The position numbers and the translations under genes were made by a program. 64,000 nucleotides of DNA, taken from assembly GCA_965216935.1 (NCBI GenBank), contig OZ244217.1:601827-665826 (forward strand), in the 5' to 3' direction. Each line of letters begins with the position of its first letter. Positions within the stretch are counted from its first letter, which is position 1. The stretch is from Acidobacteriota bacterium (GTDB lineage: Bacteria; Acidobacteriota; UBA890). The notes beneath the pieces are model-generated. The model did no database searches and had not been told where the DNA came from. It saw only the letters and a program-made list of their open reading frames with translations. Shown piece after piece: positions 29,342 to 38,515 of the stretch.

Positions 29342-29393
29342 CGAGCTCCCGGCGGCCGAGCTCGCCGGGGCCGAGCTCCCCACCCCCGAGCTC
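29342..29393. repeat. Four CGAGCTC heptamers (palindromic GAGCTC core) at exact 15-bp spacing
   Basis: Direct reading: CGAGCTC at 29342, 29357, 29372 and 29387. Lies between the xerC stop (29407) and the hslV start (29180). Confidence 0.85.
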
Positions 29394-29406
29394 GCGGCCG
29401 GCGGTC

Positions 29407-30390
29407 TCAGGCGCGCGGGTGCGCCTTGTCGTAGATCGCCTTGAGTCGGGCCGTGGTCACGTGGGTGTACCGCTGCGTCGTTCCCAGCGAGGCGTGCCCG
29501 AGCAGCTCCTGAATGGCGCGCAGGTCGGCGCCGGCGTTGAGCAAATGGGTGGCGAAGGAGTGGCGGATGGCGTGCGGGGTGACGTGCTTGTTGATGGCCG
29601 CGTCGCCGAGGCGACGGGAGAGCAGCTTGCGCAAGGAATCGTTGGAAAGCCGCTTTCCGGCGGCGGAAAGAAACATCGCCGGCCTGTCGTCCCGGTTCCA
29701 TCGGCGGCGCACGTCAAGGTAGGCGCGGAGCGCCTCGGCGGCGTCGCTGCCGAAGGGAACCACGCGCTCCTTGCGGCCTTTCCCGAGAACACGCACCGTG
29801 CGTTGATCGAGGTCGACACCGGTTTCGTCGAGCCCGGTGAGCTCGCTTGCTCGCAACCCGGTGGCGTACAGCAGCTCCAGGATGGCCCGGTCGCGACGTC
29901 CCTCGTCGCTGTCGTCGGGCGACTCGAGCAAAGCCGCGATCTCGGGCTCGGTGAGAAACCGCGGCAGCTTCTGCGGCGCCTTCGGGTTGCGTACCGCACG
30001 CGCCGGGTTGACCTGCAACGCGCCGGTGCGGCAGAGCCACGTGCAGAAAGAGCGCAGCGCCGCCAGCTTTCGACCCATCGTCACGGCCGACAGCGAGGCG
30101 GCGTGCATGCGCGCCAGCCAGGCACGCACCGCCGCCGTTTCGATCTCTCCCGCGGCAAGCGTGCGGGTCTCCTCGGGAGCGGCTGCCTTTGCGCGACGCG
30201 TCCCGCGCCTTCCCGGCGGTTGGCCGCGGTAGTCGGCGTCGACCCCGCCTGTCCAAGCGGCCAGAAAGCAGGCGAAATGGGTCAGGTCGGTCCGGTATGC
30301 GCGTATCGTGTGGTCCGACGCGCTTTCCTCGACGGCGAGGTAGACGAGGAATTCGTCGAGACCCTCCAGGACAACAGCGGTAGGCGGCAC
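29407..30390 (-). CDS. xerC: Tyrosine recombinase XerC/XerD family
   Basis: N-terminal core-binding region (EFLVYLAVEESASDHTIRAYRTDL) and C-terminal catalytic RHSFATHLL...LGHASLGTTQRYTHV. GTG start. About 35 aa is inserted in the N-domain. Confidence 0.92.
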   Translation of the reverse strand: MPPTAVVLEGLDEFLVYLAVEESASDHTIRAYRTDLTHFACFLAAWTGGVDADYRGQPPGRRGTRRAKAAAPEETRTLAAGEIETAAVRAWLARMHAASLSAVTMGRKLAALRSFCTWLCRTGALQVNPARAVRNPKAPQKLPRFLTEPEIAALLESPDDSDEGRRDRAILELLYATGLRASELTGLDETGVDLDQRTVRVLGKGRKERVVPFGSDAAEALRAYLDVRRRWNRDDRPAMFLSAAGKRLSNDSLRKLLSRRLGDAAINKHVTPHAIRHSFATHLLNAGADLRAIQELLGHASLGTTQRYTHVTTARLKAIYDKAHPRA

Positions 30391-30714
30391 GTCAATTTCT
30401 ATCCTCGGCTCGACGGTGGCACCGCGCCGGCTGCGCGCGGGCGCGGTCCCACCGGAGCCTGGCCGCCCCTGCGGCGTTGCCGCCGCGGACAGCCTGACCA
30501 GCTTCGCCCGCCGGGGAGGATAGCAAGTCGGGCCGCGACTTGGACACCCCCAATTTCAGACTTCTGCACGCCCGGTTCGGGAGCAACTCGGCGAGCCGTT
30601 TCCGGCGGCGGACCGGTAACGATCAGAGCGGGTGTGCGAGCGGCAGATCGGCAACGACCGGCGGGTAGGGAGCGACGGATGGGTTGACGATCGGCGTGGG
30701 GACTCAGCAGCAGG

Positions 30715-31293
30715 CTAGTGCCCGTGGCCGTCGCCGGGAGCGTGCGGCGCTTGCTCGTCGCCGAGCGGCTCGCCGGCGAGCATCTTGTCGAGCAGCTCGC
30801 GGATCTGTTCGGACTTCTGCGGGGCGGCGCCGATCCAGCGCTTCACCACCGTGCCGTCGGTATCGATCAGCAGCGTGGTGGGGAAACCGAACACGGGACC
30901 GAACGCCTCCATGAGCTCGTCCGTCGACATCACCAGCGGGTAGTGCATCTGGAAGGCCGGGTCGGACGCCATCCACTCGAGTACTTCCTCGGCGGTGCCG
31001 GATTCGACCGTCAGGCCGATCAGGCTGACACCCTTGTCACCGTAGTCCTCGTGGATGGCGTTGTAGTGCGGGATCTCGGTGATGCAGGGACCGCACCAGG
31101 TGGCCCAGAAGTCGACGATGAGGATCTCACCCGCGAACGAATCGAACGTCAGCTCGCCGCCCTCGAGACGGTCCGCGACCAGCGTCGCATATGCGGCGGG
31201 AACGGCCGTGGGCGGCGTGTAGACGATGTATCCGAGCGAGCCCACCAAGCCGATGATCGCGATCAGTAGCAAGCCGTATCGAACAAGCTGCAT
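30715..31293 (-). CDS. TlpA/ResA-like thiol:disulfide oxidoreductase (thioredoxin fold), membrane anchored
   Basis: N-terminal TM helix, WATWCGPC active site. Confidence 0.85.
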   Translation of the reverse strand: MQLVRYGLLLIAIIGLVGSLGYIVYTPPTAVPAAYATLVADRLEGGELTFDSFAGEILIVDFWATWCGPCITEIPHYNAIHEDYGDKGVSLIGLTVESGTAEEVLEWMASDPAFQMHYPLVMSTDELMEAFGPVFGFPTTLLIDTDGTVVKRWIGAAPQKSEQIRELLDKMLAGEPLGDEQAPHAPGDGHGH

Positions 31294-31343
31294 GAGAGAG
31301 CCTCACTTTGTCGTTCATCAGGGCGCTCAAAGCGCCGGCGGTC

Positions 31344-32732
31344 TCAGCCGGCCGCGCGCCGGCCGCCTGCTTCCAGCCCCAGATCCCCGCCATTTTCTCG
31401 GATCCAGGAATCCAGGTCCAGCAGGGCGCGAGTAGCCAGAGCCTCGCGCCGCTCCGCCTTCTTTCGAATCGGGTTTTCGAGCTCGGGAATGATGCCGAAC
31501 GTGATGTTCGTCGGCTGATAGCTTATCGCGCGGGCGTGGCTGATGTAGAACGCCAAAGAGCCCAATGCTGTCGTGCGGGGAACAGGCCGGATGTCACCGT
31601 CCCGCAAGGCCATGCCGCAGTAGATCCCGGCCAGCAGCCCGCCGGCGGCCGATTCGACGTATCCCTCGGTGCCGGCGATCTGACCGGCGAAGTAGAGATC
31701 GCCGCGAGTACGGGTCTGCAGCGTTTCGGTGAGCACCCGGGGAGCGTTGATGTAGGTGTTGCGATGAACCGTGCCGAAACGGATGAACTCTGCCGTTTCC
31801 AATCCCGGGATCAACCGCAGAACCTCTTCCTGCGGGCCCCATTTCATCCGCGTCTGGAAGCCCACGAGTGAGTAGTGCTCCGCGGCGATGTCGTCCTGGC
31901 GTAGCTGCACCACCGCGTGCGGACGTTCGCCGGTGCGCGGATCGGTGAGCCCCACTGGTTTCATCGGACCGTACAGCAAGGTCTCCGGCCCGCGCCGGGC
32001 GATTTCTTCGATGGGCAAACACCCCTCGAAGTACAGCTTCTTTTCGAAATCGGGCAACTCGAGCGGCTCGGCCGCCATCAAGGCCGCGTAGAACCGCTCG
32101 AACTCCTCGCGGGAGAACGGGCAGTTAATGTAGTCGGCGCCGCCCTTGTCGTAGCGGCTGGCGGCGAAGGTCTTGTCGTGGTCGATACTGTCCGCCGCCA
32201 CGATGGGGCTGATGGCGTCATAGAAATAGAGGTGCTCGGCGCCGGTGATCTCGCGGACGCTCCCGCTCAACGCGTCGGACGTGAGGGGGCCGGAGGCGAC
32301 GATACACGGCCCGGCGGGAACCTCCGTCAGCTCGCGGCGGACGATCTCGACGCCGTCCAGCGCCTCGACCCGTTCGGTGATCTCGCGAGCGAACCGCCGG
32401 CGGTCAACGGCGAGCGCTTTTCCGGCCGGGACGCGGTTGTTGTCGGCGGCCGAAAGAAACAGCGAGTCCAGCCGGCGCATCTCCTCGTGCAACAGGCCGA
32501 CGGCGTTGTCGAGCCCGTCGGAACGGAGCGAGTTGCTGCAGACCATCTCGGCCAGATCGCCGGTGTGGTGCACCGGCGTCGGTCGCTCCGGTCGCATCTC
32601 GTACAGACGGACGCCGACGCCGCGTTTGGCCAGCTGCCAGGCCGCCTCGCTGCCGGCCATGCCGCCACCGATGATCGTGACCTTCGGGTCGTTAGAAACC
32701 GTCGGGTCGCCAGAAGAAGAGGGTGGGCTCAT
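31344..32732 (-). CDS. trmFO: Methylenetetrahydrofolate-tRNA-(uracil54-C5)-methyltransferase TrmFO (Gid)
   Basis: FAD motif VTIIGGGMAGSEAAWQLA, characteristic MVCSNSLRSD and HRNTYINAP motifs. Confidence 0.93.
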   Translation of the reverse strand: MSPPSSSGDPTVSNDPKVTIIGGGMAGSEAAWQLAKRGVGVRLYEMRPERPTPVHHTGDLAEMVCSNSLRSDGLDNAVGLLHEEMRRLDSLFLSAADNNRVPAGKALAVDRRRFAREITERVEALDGVEIVRRELTEVPAGPCIVASGPLTSDALSGSVREITGAEHLYFYDAISPIVAADSIDHDKTFAASRYDKGGADYINCPFSREEFERFYAALMAAEPLELPDFEKKLYFEGCLPIEEIARRGPETLLYGPMKPVGLTDPRTGERPHAVVQLRQDDIAAEHYSLVGFQTRMKWGPQEEVLRLIPGLETAEFIRFGTVHRNTYINAPRVLTETLQTRTRGDLYFAGQIAGTEGYVESAAGGLLAGIYCGMALRDGDIRPVPRTTALGSLAFYISHARAISYQPTNITFGIIPELENPIRKKAERREALATRALLDLDSWIRENGGDLGLEAGGRRAAG

Positions 32733-32803
32733 GGTCGGATTCTAACGCGACGTCTCCGTGCAGCCTGGCCGGGAGGTGGCGGCGGAGCTCGGATGGGTCC
32801 CGG

Positions 32804-33868
32804 TCATCCCTCGAGGGTGGCAAGGGCGTCGGCAACGGAGGTGAACACCTGGCGGATGGAGTCGACCGTCCGCCCTTCGACGTCGTGGTCCAGGTTGGCG
32901 GAGGCGACGGCGATGGCGCCGACCCTGCCGCTGGCGCACAAATAGCCCGCCAGGGTGCCGACCTCGGACGGGTCGAAGCCACCATCGACCCGATAGTGGA
33001 CGCCGGGCGCGAAGAGCGGGTCGAGGGCGTCGACGTCGAAGTGCAGATACACGTCCCGGCCGGTCGAATTCGCCGCGGTCGCGGCCTTGGCAGCGGCCGG
33101 GTCGACGGCGCTGATCTGTGCCCGGGCTTCCGGGGGCATGATCGAGATCTCGGGGACCTCGAGGATCTCCATCACCACCTCCTCGGGGCCGACCGCACGG
33201 GTGGCTGTGGTGTTGACGTGCCGAACACCGAACCGGACGAGATTCTCGCTCTCGCCTTCGTCGAGGTCACGGCCGCCGAGAAGGAAAGTTCGCCCGCCCG
33301 GGGGCGGTGCGGCGCCGTCGTGCAGCGATACGAGCTCCTCTGGCCCATGTCCGAGCATGGCCGCCATCGGCATCCCGGTCACGAGACCCGACGTGCTTGT
33401 CTCCGGCGTGTTCAGGTCGCCATGGGCATCGAGCCAGGCGACAGTGATGCTTCCGTGCTCCTGCCCCTGCTCCTGTCCCTGCTCCTGCCCCTGTGCCTGC
33501 CGCTGTGCCCGACCCTGCCCTTGCGCCAGGGCGGGGGCGACGCCGAGGCAAAGCGAGCATTCCCCGCCGATGACGACCGGCAGGTCGCCGTCTCTGATCG
33601 CTTCGGACACAGCCTGGCGAACGCCGCGGGCCATCTCGGCGACGTTCTTCAAGTGAACCGGGTCGATGCCGGCGCTCCCGTCGACCGCGCTGCGGAGGTC
33701 ACTTGGCGACATCGGCGCCACGGCGACGTCGCCACCGTCGGTGACCTCGTGTCCGGCCTCCTGGAGCCATTCGAGCAGGCCGGCCCGCCGCAGCAAGCCG
33801 GGGGTCCGCCGGGCGCCGAGCTCGAGCGTGCCCCAGGCGGACGGTACGCCGATGACTCGAAGCTTCAT
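32804..33868 (-). CDS. Arginase/agmatinase/formiminoglutamase-family ureohydrolase with an internal QG/QE low-complexity insert
   Basis: GGECSLCLG, DAHGDLNTPETS and HFDVDALDP metal-binding motifs. ATG 33868 is preceded by GGAGAG. Confidence 0.75.
   Translation of the reverse strand: MKLRVIGVPSAWGTLELGARRTPGLLRRAGLLEWLQEAGHEVTDGGDVAVAPMSPSDLRSAVDGSAGIDPVHLKNVAEMARGVRQAVSEAIRDGDLPVVIGGECSLCLGVAPALAQGQGRAQRQAQGQEQGQEQGQEHGSITVAWLDAHGDLNTPETSTSGLVTGMPMAAMLGHGPEELVSLHDGAAPPPGGRTFLLGGRDLDEGESENLVRFGVRHVNTTATRAVGPEEVVMEILEVPEISIMPPEARAQISAVDPAAAKAATAANSTGRDVYLHFDVDALDPLFAPGVHYRVDGGFDPSEVGTLAGYLCASGRVGAIAVASANLDHDVEGRTVDSIRQVFTSVADALATLEG
33455..33535. repeat. Hexanucleotide microsatellite (CTGYYC)n of about 12 units inside the ureohydrolase coding sequence
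   Basis: ctgcccctgctcctgtccctgctcctgcccctgtgcctgccgctg... encodes QGQGRAQRQAQGQEQGQEQGQEHG on the minus strand. Confidence 0.8.
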
Positions 33869-33950
33869 GCGAGTGCTCTCCGTTGTGTCAACCGGCCGGC
33901 CGCATGCGAGCACGGCCGCGCTGCGGCAGAGGATGCTCGGGGCTCGAGGA

Positions 33951-36272
33951 CTACGCTTCGACCTTCTCGGCCGCTTCGGTGACGTACTCGCAGCCCTCGG
34001 CGGGGCATCCCATCTTGTCGGGCTGACCCTTGCGCCGGCGCAGCTCGAGGAAGGGATGCTTGCACTCGGGGCAGGCGATGGGCAGCGGCGGCTTCCAGGT
34101 GGCGAACTTGCAGTCGGGGTATTGATCGCAGCCGTAGAAGGTGCGCCCCTTGCGGGTGCGTTTCTCGGCCAGCTCGCCCTTGCCGCATTCCGGGCATTTC
34201 ACGCCCGTCGTCTTGGGCTGGATGTAGCGACAATCGGGGAAGCCGCTGCAGCCGACGAAGGGGCCGAACCGACCGGTGCGACGCAGCAGCGGCTTGCCGC
34301 ACTTCGGGCAATCCTCGCCGGTAGGCTCCGGCTCGACGGTCTCGGCAACCTCGCCGTTCTTCTTCAGCTGCTTCGTCGTCTTGCACTCCGGATAACCGGT
34401 GCAGGCGAGGAAGCGGCCGAAGCGGCCCCACTTGATGACCATCGGCTTGCCGCACTTCTCGCAAACCTCGTCGGTCTCGATCTCTTCGGCCTTGATGTTG
34501 CGCATCTCGGCCTTGGCCTTCTCGAGCTGGCTGGTGAAGCGCTTCCAGAAGCGATCCAGTGCCTTGACCCAGTTTTCCTTGCCGGACTCGATGAGGTCGA
34601 GCCGATCCTCGACCTTGGCGGTGTACTCGATGTCCATGATCCGATCGAAGCTCTCGACCAGCAGATCGACCACGATCGTGCCCAGCTCCGTCGGCGTGAA
34701 GCGGCGGTCCTCGACGGTGACGTACTCGCGGTTCCGCAGCTTCGAGAGGATGTCGGCGTAGGTGGACGGTCGGCCGATGCCGTTGCGCTCCAGCTCGCGC
34801 ACCAGCGAGGCCTCGCTGAAGCGCGGCGGCGGCTGGGTGAAATGCTGCCGCGGCAGCAGCTCGAGGCATTTCAGCATCTGCCCCTCTTTCAGCGGGGGCA
34901 GCAGACGCTTGGCGTCCTTGTCGCCGTCCGTATCGCCGTAGGCGGCGAGGAAGCCGGGGAACTTCAGCACCGAACCGGTGGCGCGGAACAGGTACTTCGA
35001 CGAGCTCGAACTGCCGGCGACCTCGATGTCGACGGAGGTCGCGTCGTAGATCGCATCCTTCATTTGCGACGCGACGAACCGTTGCCAGATGAGCTCGTAG
35101 AGGCGGAACTGGTCCTTGTCGAGGTACTTCTTCAGCTCCGCCGGCGTGCGCGACGCGGATGTCGGGCGGATCGCCTCGTGCGCCTCTTGCGCTCGCTTTC
35201 CGGCCTTGAACCGGCGCGGCTTCGCCAGGCTGAAATCCGTACCAAAGCTCTTCTCGATGACCTCTTTGGCCTCGACCTCGGCTTGCTCCGAGACCCGCGT
35301 CGAGTCCGTACGCATGTACGTGATCAGACCGACCGAGCCCTCGTCGCCGATCTCGATTCCCTCGTACAGCTGCTGCGCGACACGCATCGTCTTGCGCACG
35401 GGAAAGCGCATGCGGGACGCCGCCGCCTGCTGCAGTTGCGAGGTGGTGAAGGGCGGTTGCGGCCTGCGTTTGCGCTTCTTCGCCTCGACCTTGGTGATCG
35501 GCCATTCGGTGTCGGACGAGGTCAGTGCCGCGATGTTTCCGTCGTCGTCGCGCTCGAACTGCGGCTCGGTAACGCCGAGGTCCGCAAGCAGGGCGAGCGA
35601 CTCTTCTTCGTTGCCGACGGCGATCTTCTCGCCGTCCTTGCCGCGCAGCTCCGCCTCGAACGTCGGCGGCTCCTCGCCTTCGAGATGCGCCTTCAGCGAC
35701 CAGTATTCCTCGGGCACGAAGGCCTCGATCTCCCGCTCGCGATCGACGACCAGCCTCAGGGCGACCGATTGCACGCGACCGGCGGAGATCCCGCGCCGCA
35801 CCTTGTCCCAGAGCAGCGGAGAGAGCTTGTAGCCGACAATGCGGTCGAGGATCCGCCGCGCCTGCTGCGCGTCCACCTTGTCACTGTCGATCTCGCCCGG
35901 GTTGTCGAACGCCCGCTCGACGCCGGCCTTGGTGATTTCCTCGAGCAGCACGCGAATGACCGGCTTGTCGGCCGTGTCCAGCATCTCGACGAGGTGCCAG
36001 CCGATGGCCTCACCCTCGCGGTCCGGGTCCGTTGCGATGTAGATCGCCTCGGCTCGCTTGGCGGCGCGCTTCAGCTCGCCGATGACCTTCTTCTTGTCCT
36101 CGATGGGCGCGTACGTCGGCTCGAAGTCGTTCTCGATATCGACCGACAGGCCCTTCTTCGGCAGGTCGCGTACGTGGCCCATCGACGCCTTTACGTCGAA
36201 GGACTTACCCAGGTATCGGTTGATCGTACGCGCCTTTGCCGGCGACTCGACGATGACCAGTGATTTGCCCAT
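33951..36272 (-). CDS. topA: DNA topoisomerase I with C-terminal C4 zinc ribbons
   Basis: MGKSLVIVESPAKARTINRYLG, active-site region, three or four CxxC...CxxC zinc-finger repeats at the C-terminus. Confidence 0.96.
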   Translation of the reverse strand: MGKSLVIVESPAKARTINRYLGKSFDVKASMGHVRDLPKKGLSVDIENDFEPTYAPIEDKKKVIGELKRAAKRAEAIYIATDPDREGEAIGWHLVEMLDTADKPVIRVLLEEITKAGVERAFDNPGEIDSDKVDAQQARRILDRIVGYKLSPLLWDKVRRGISAGRVQSVALRLVVDREREIEAFVPEEYWSLKAHLEGEEPPTFEAELRGKDGEKIAVGNEEESLALLADLGVTEPQFERDDDGNIAALTSSDTEWPITKVEAKKRKRRPQPPFTTSQLQQAAASRMRFPVRKTMRVAQQLYEGIEIGDEGSVGLITYMRTDSTRVSEQAEVEAKEVIEKSFGTDFSLAKPRRFKAGKRAQEAHEAIRPTSASRTPAELKKYLDKDQFRLYELIWQRFVASQMKDAIYDATSVDIEVAGSSSSSKYLFRATGSVLKFPGFLAAYGDTDGDKDAKRLLPPLKEGQMLKCLELLPRQHFTQPPPRFSEASLVRELERNGIGRPSTYADILSKLRNREYVTVEDRRFTPTELGTIVVDLLVESFDRIMDIEYTAKVEDRLDLIESGKENWVKALDRFWKRFTSQLEKAKAEMRNIKAEEIETDEVCEKCGKPMVIKWGRFGRFLACTGYPECKTTKQLKKNGEVAETVEPEPTGEDCPKCGKPLLRRTGRFGPFVGCSGFPDCRYIQPKTTGVKCPECGKGELAEKRTRKGRTFYGCDQYPDCKFATWKPPLPIACPECKHPFLELRRRKGQPDKMGCPAEGCEYVTEAAEKVEA

Positions 36273-36341
36273 ACTCCACCCTCGCTCGTTGGCCCTTCTT
36301 TATATAAGAGGGCATTCGAGCCCGAAAAGTCAAAAACCGTA

Positions 36342-37256
36342 TCACACACGCTCGTAGCGGTGGGCGCCGAGAGAGCGTATCAAGCCGCGCACCTCGATCT
36401 GCGTCAAGGCCGCCATCAACCTTCCGGGTGGCAAGTTCGTCGCCGCCGCGAGCTCCTCGACGCTGCGGATCTCACCCCGCGGCATCGCCGAAAGGACCGA
36501 GCCCGCCGTGGGATCGAGACCCTCGACGCGAGAGAGGGCCTCCGCCCGGGCAGACGCGAGGCGCCTTGCGGCGCGACGCTCCGTCGCCGGCGGAAGCTGC
36601 TTCAGAAGGCTGTCGATGCCGGTGCAGACCGCCGCCCCCTCGGAAATCAGAAAGTTCGTCCCGTCGCTGGTCGGGGAGCCGACCGGTCCCGGCACCGCCA
36701 GGACCTCGCGATCGTACTGCAGGGCGAAGTTCGCCGTGATCTTCGCTCCGCTCCGGTGCGCCGCTTCGACCACCACGACGGCAACGGCGAGCCCGGCGAT
36801 GATGCGGTTGCGCTGGTGGAACGTGCCCGGTTTCACCCAGCTCCCGGGTTCGAACTCCGTCACCACGGCTCCCGCCCGGGCGATGCTGGCCGCCAGGCGC
36901 CGGTGGCGTTGCGGGTAGATGCGATCGATACCCGAAGGAAGAACCGCGACGGTCGCGCCCTCGACGTCGAGGGCGCCGCGGTGGGCCGCAGCGTCGACGC
37001 CACGCGCCAATCCCGACACCACGACAAAGCCGGCCACGGCGACTTCGGTCGCCAGCCGGTACGCCATTCGCCGGCCGTACCCCGTGCATTCGCGCGAGCC
37101 GACGATGGCGACGGCGTCGCCCGACGGCAATCGGCCGCGAACCCATAGCCGCGGCGGCCGATCGGGGATCTTCTTCAACGCGATGGGATAGTCGTTCGAT
37201 TCCGGTGTGACGGTTCGTACCTCCGGCGACTGGAGGTTGCTCTGTGGCTGTTTCAT
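36342..37256 (-). CDS. dprA: DNA processing protein DprA (Smf), short form
   Basis: AIVGSRECTGYGRRMA...GLARGVDAAAHRGAL...VLPSGIDRIYP Rossmann domain plus a C-terminal wHTH-like tail. Start taken at ATG 37256 (MKQPQ); an upstream in-frame extension to 37355 is possible. Confidence 0.85.
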   Translation of the reverse strand: MKQPQSNLQSPEVRTVTPESNDYPIALKKIPDRPPRLWVRGRLPSGDAVAIVGSRECTGYGRRMAYRLATEVAVAGFVVVSGLARGVDAAAHRGALDVEGATVAVLPSGIDRIYPQRHRRLAASIARAGAVVTEFEPGSWVKPGTFHQRNRIIAGLAVAVVVVEAAHRSGAKITANFALQYDREVLAVPGPVGSPTSDGTNFLISEGAAVCTGIDSLLKQLPPATERRAARRLASARAEALSRVEGLDPTAGSVLSAMPRGEIRSVEELAAATNLPPGRLMAALTQIEVRGLIRSLGAHRYERV

Positions 37257-37432
37257 GCTTGGAAGAGACGGCCACCGAGGCCGTCGGGTCCGGGAGGCGA
37301 CCTGTGACAAACCGCACAAGGCGACCGACGACGCAGTTGCGGGCGAAACTCGCACGTCAGTACAATCTCCGTGTCCCCCTGTCCTTCCGTTTGGGTCCCC
37401 GTAATCGAGCTTCCAACGAGGGATCGCTGTTT

Positions 37433-38500
37433 ATGGCGCAACCTGAAGTGTTTCCGGCGCCCGGATCGAGCCCCGCGCGGGGGTCGAAGGGCATCCGGAC
37501 GGCTGTCTTTGCCGCGACGATCGTGGCGACCGCGCTGCTGTTCCCTGGCGCAGTGTGGGCGCAGGATCCCGGCAAGGCGTATGACCAGTGCGAGGACGGC
37601 GTGCGTGCCGCCGACGCCGGTCGCTGGGAGGAAGCGGAATTCCGCTGGCTCAAGGCGATCGCCATCGACCCGGCGGTGCCGTGCAGCTACAACAACCTCG
37701 CGGTCATGCACGAGCGGGACGGGGAATACGACGAGGCGGACGAGAACTACCGGAGCGCGCTCGAGCACGCCACCGGGGCCGAGCGCACCGACGTGCTCGA
37801 CAACTTCGCCCGCTTCCAGGAGGCGCGCATCTCCGACATCGTCGAGGGTGTGCCCGAGGCCGAGTTCGGAACGCGTGAGACCGACGACGAGCGACGTCGG
37901 GGCACCCTGGCGGTGATCATCTCCGTGCCCGAGGCCGAAGGGCGGGACCTCGCCGATTTCGAGCGCATCCTGGTGGGGCCGTTCATTGTCACGACACCGA
38001 ACGCGCCGGTCCCCGTCGGACCCCGCGCGGTGGCCTACTTCCGCCGGCGTATCGTCCAGCGGAGCTTTCTGCAGGCGGTGGACCTGCCCGGGAGCATCAA
38101 CTCCCAGGCGGCCGATCCGCTGACCGACGCTCCGATGTGGCAGGACGTCGCCGAGCAGTCCGGCGCCGACGTGATCTTCACAGGGCGCATCGGCCTGGAG
38201 ACCAGCACCGCATCGCGTCTGGTCACCGAGCAGGCGCGCGCCCCGAACGGCGAGGTCACCGAAATGGCGCGTTTTCGCAACCTCATCAAATACGACGTCA
38301 GCATGCACTTCGTCCTGCTTCGGGGCGAGGACGGTTCCATGCTTCTGGAGGGTGATCTCGAAGGCAGCCGCGAGTTCGCCGCGGACGACGAGATCCCGGC
38401 GGACGACATGTACGTCGAAACCCTCGAAGAGCTGTTGCCGCAGCTGCTCGACGCCGTCACGCCGCGCCGGGTGGAGCAACAGCGCGTCTTGATTTTCTAG
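37433..38500 (+). CDS. Hypothetical exported protein with a TPR-like N-domain
   Basis: Signal-like N-terminus, a TPR-like segment (WLKAIAIDPAVPCSYNNLAVMHERDGEYDEADENYRSALE), acidic C-terminus. Confidence 0.5.
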   Translation: MAQPEVFPAPGSSPARGSKGIRTAVFAATIVATALLFPGAVWAQDPGKAYDQCEDGVRAADAGRWEEAEFRWLKAIAIDPAVPCSYNNLAVMHERDGEYDEADENYRSALEHATGAERTDVLDNFARFQEARISDIVEGVPEAEFGTRETDDERRRGTLAVIISVPEAEGRDLADFERILVGPFIVTTPNAPVPVGPRAVAYFRRRIVQRSFLQAVDLPGSINSQAADPLTDAPMWQDVAEQSGADVIFTGRIGLETSTASRLVTEQARAPNGEVTEMARFRNLIKYDVSMHFVLLRGEDGSMLLEGDLEGSREFAADDEIPADDMYVETLEELLPQLLDAVTPRRVEQQRVLIF

Positions 38501-38515
38501 CCAGGGAGGCGACCG

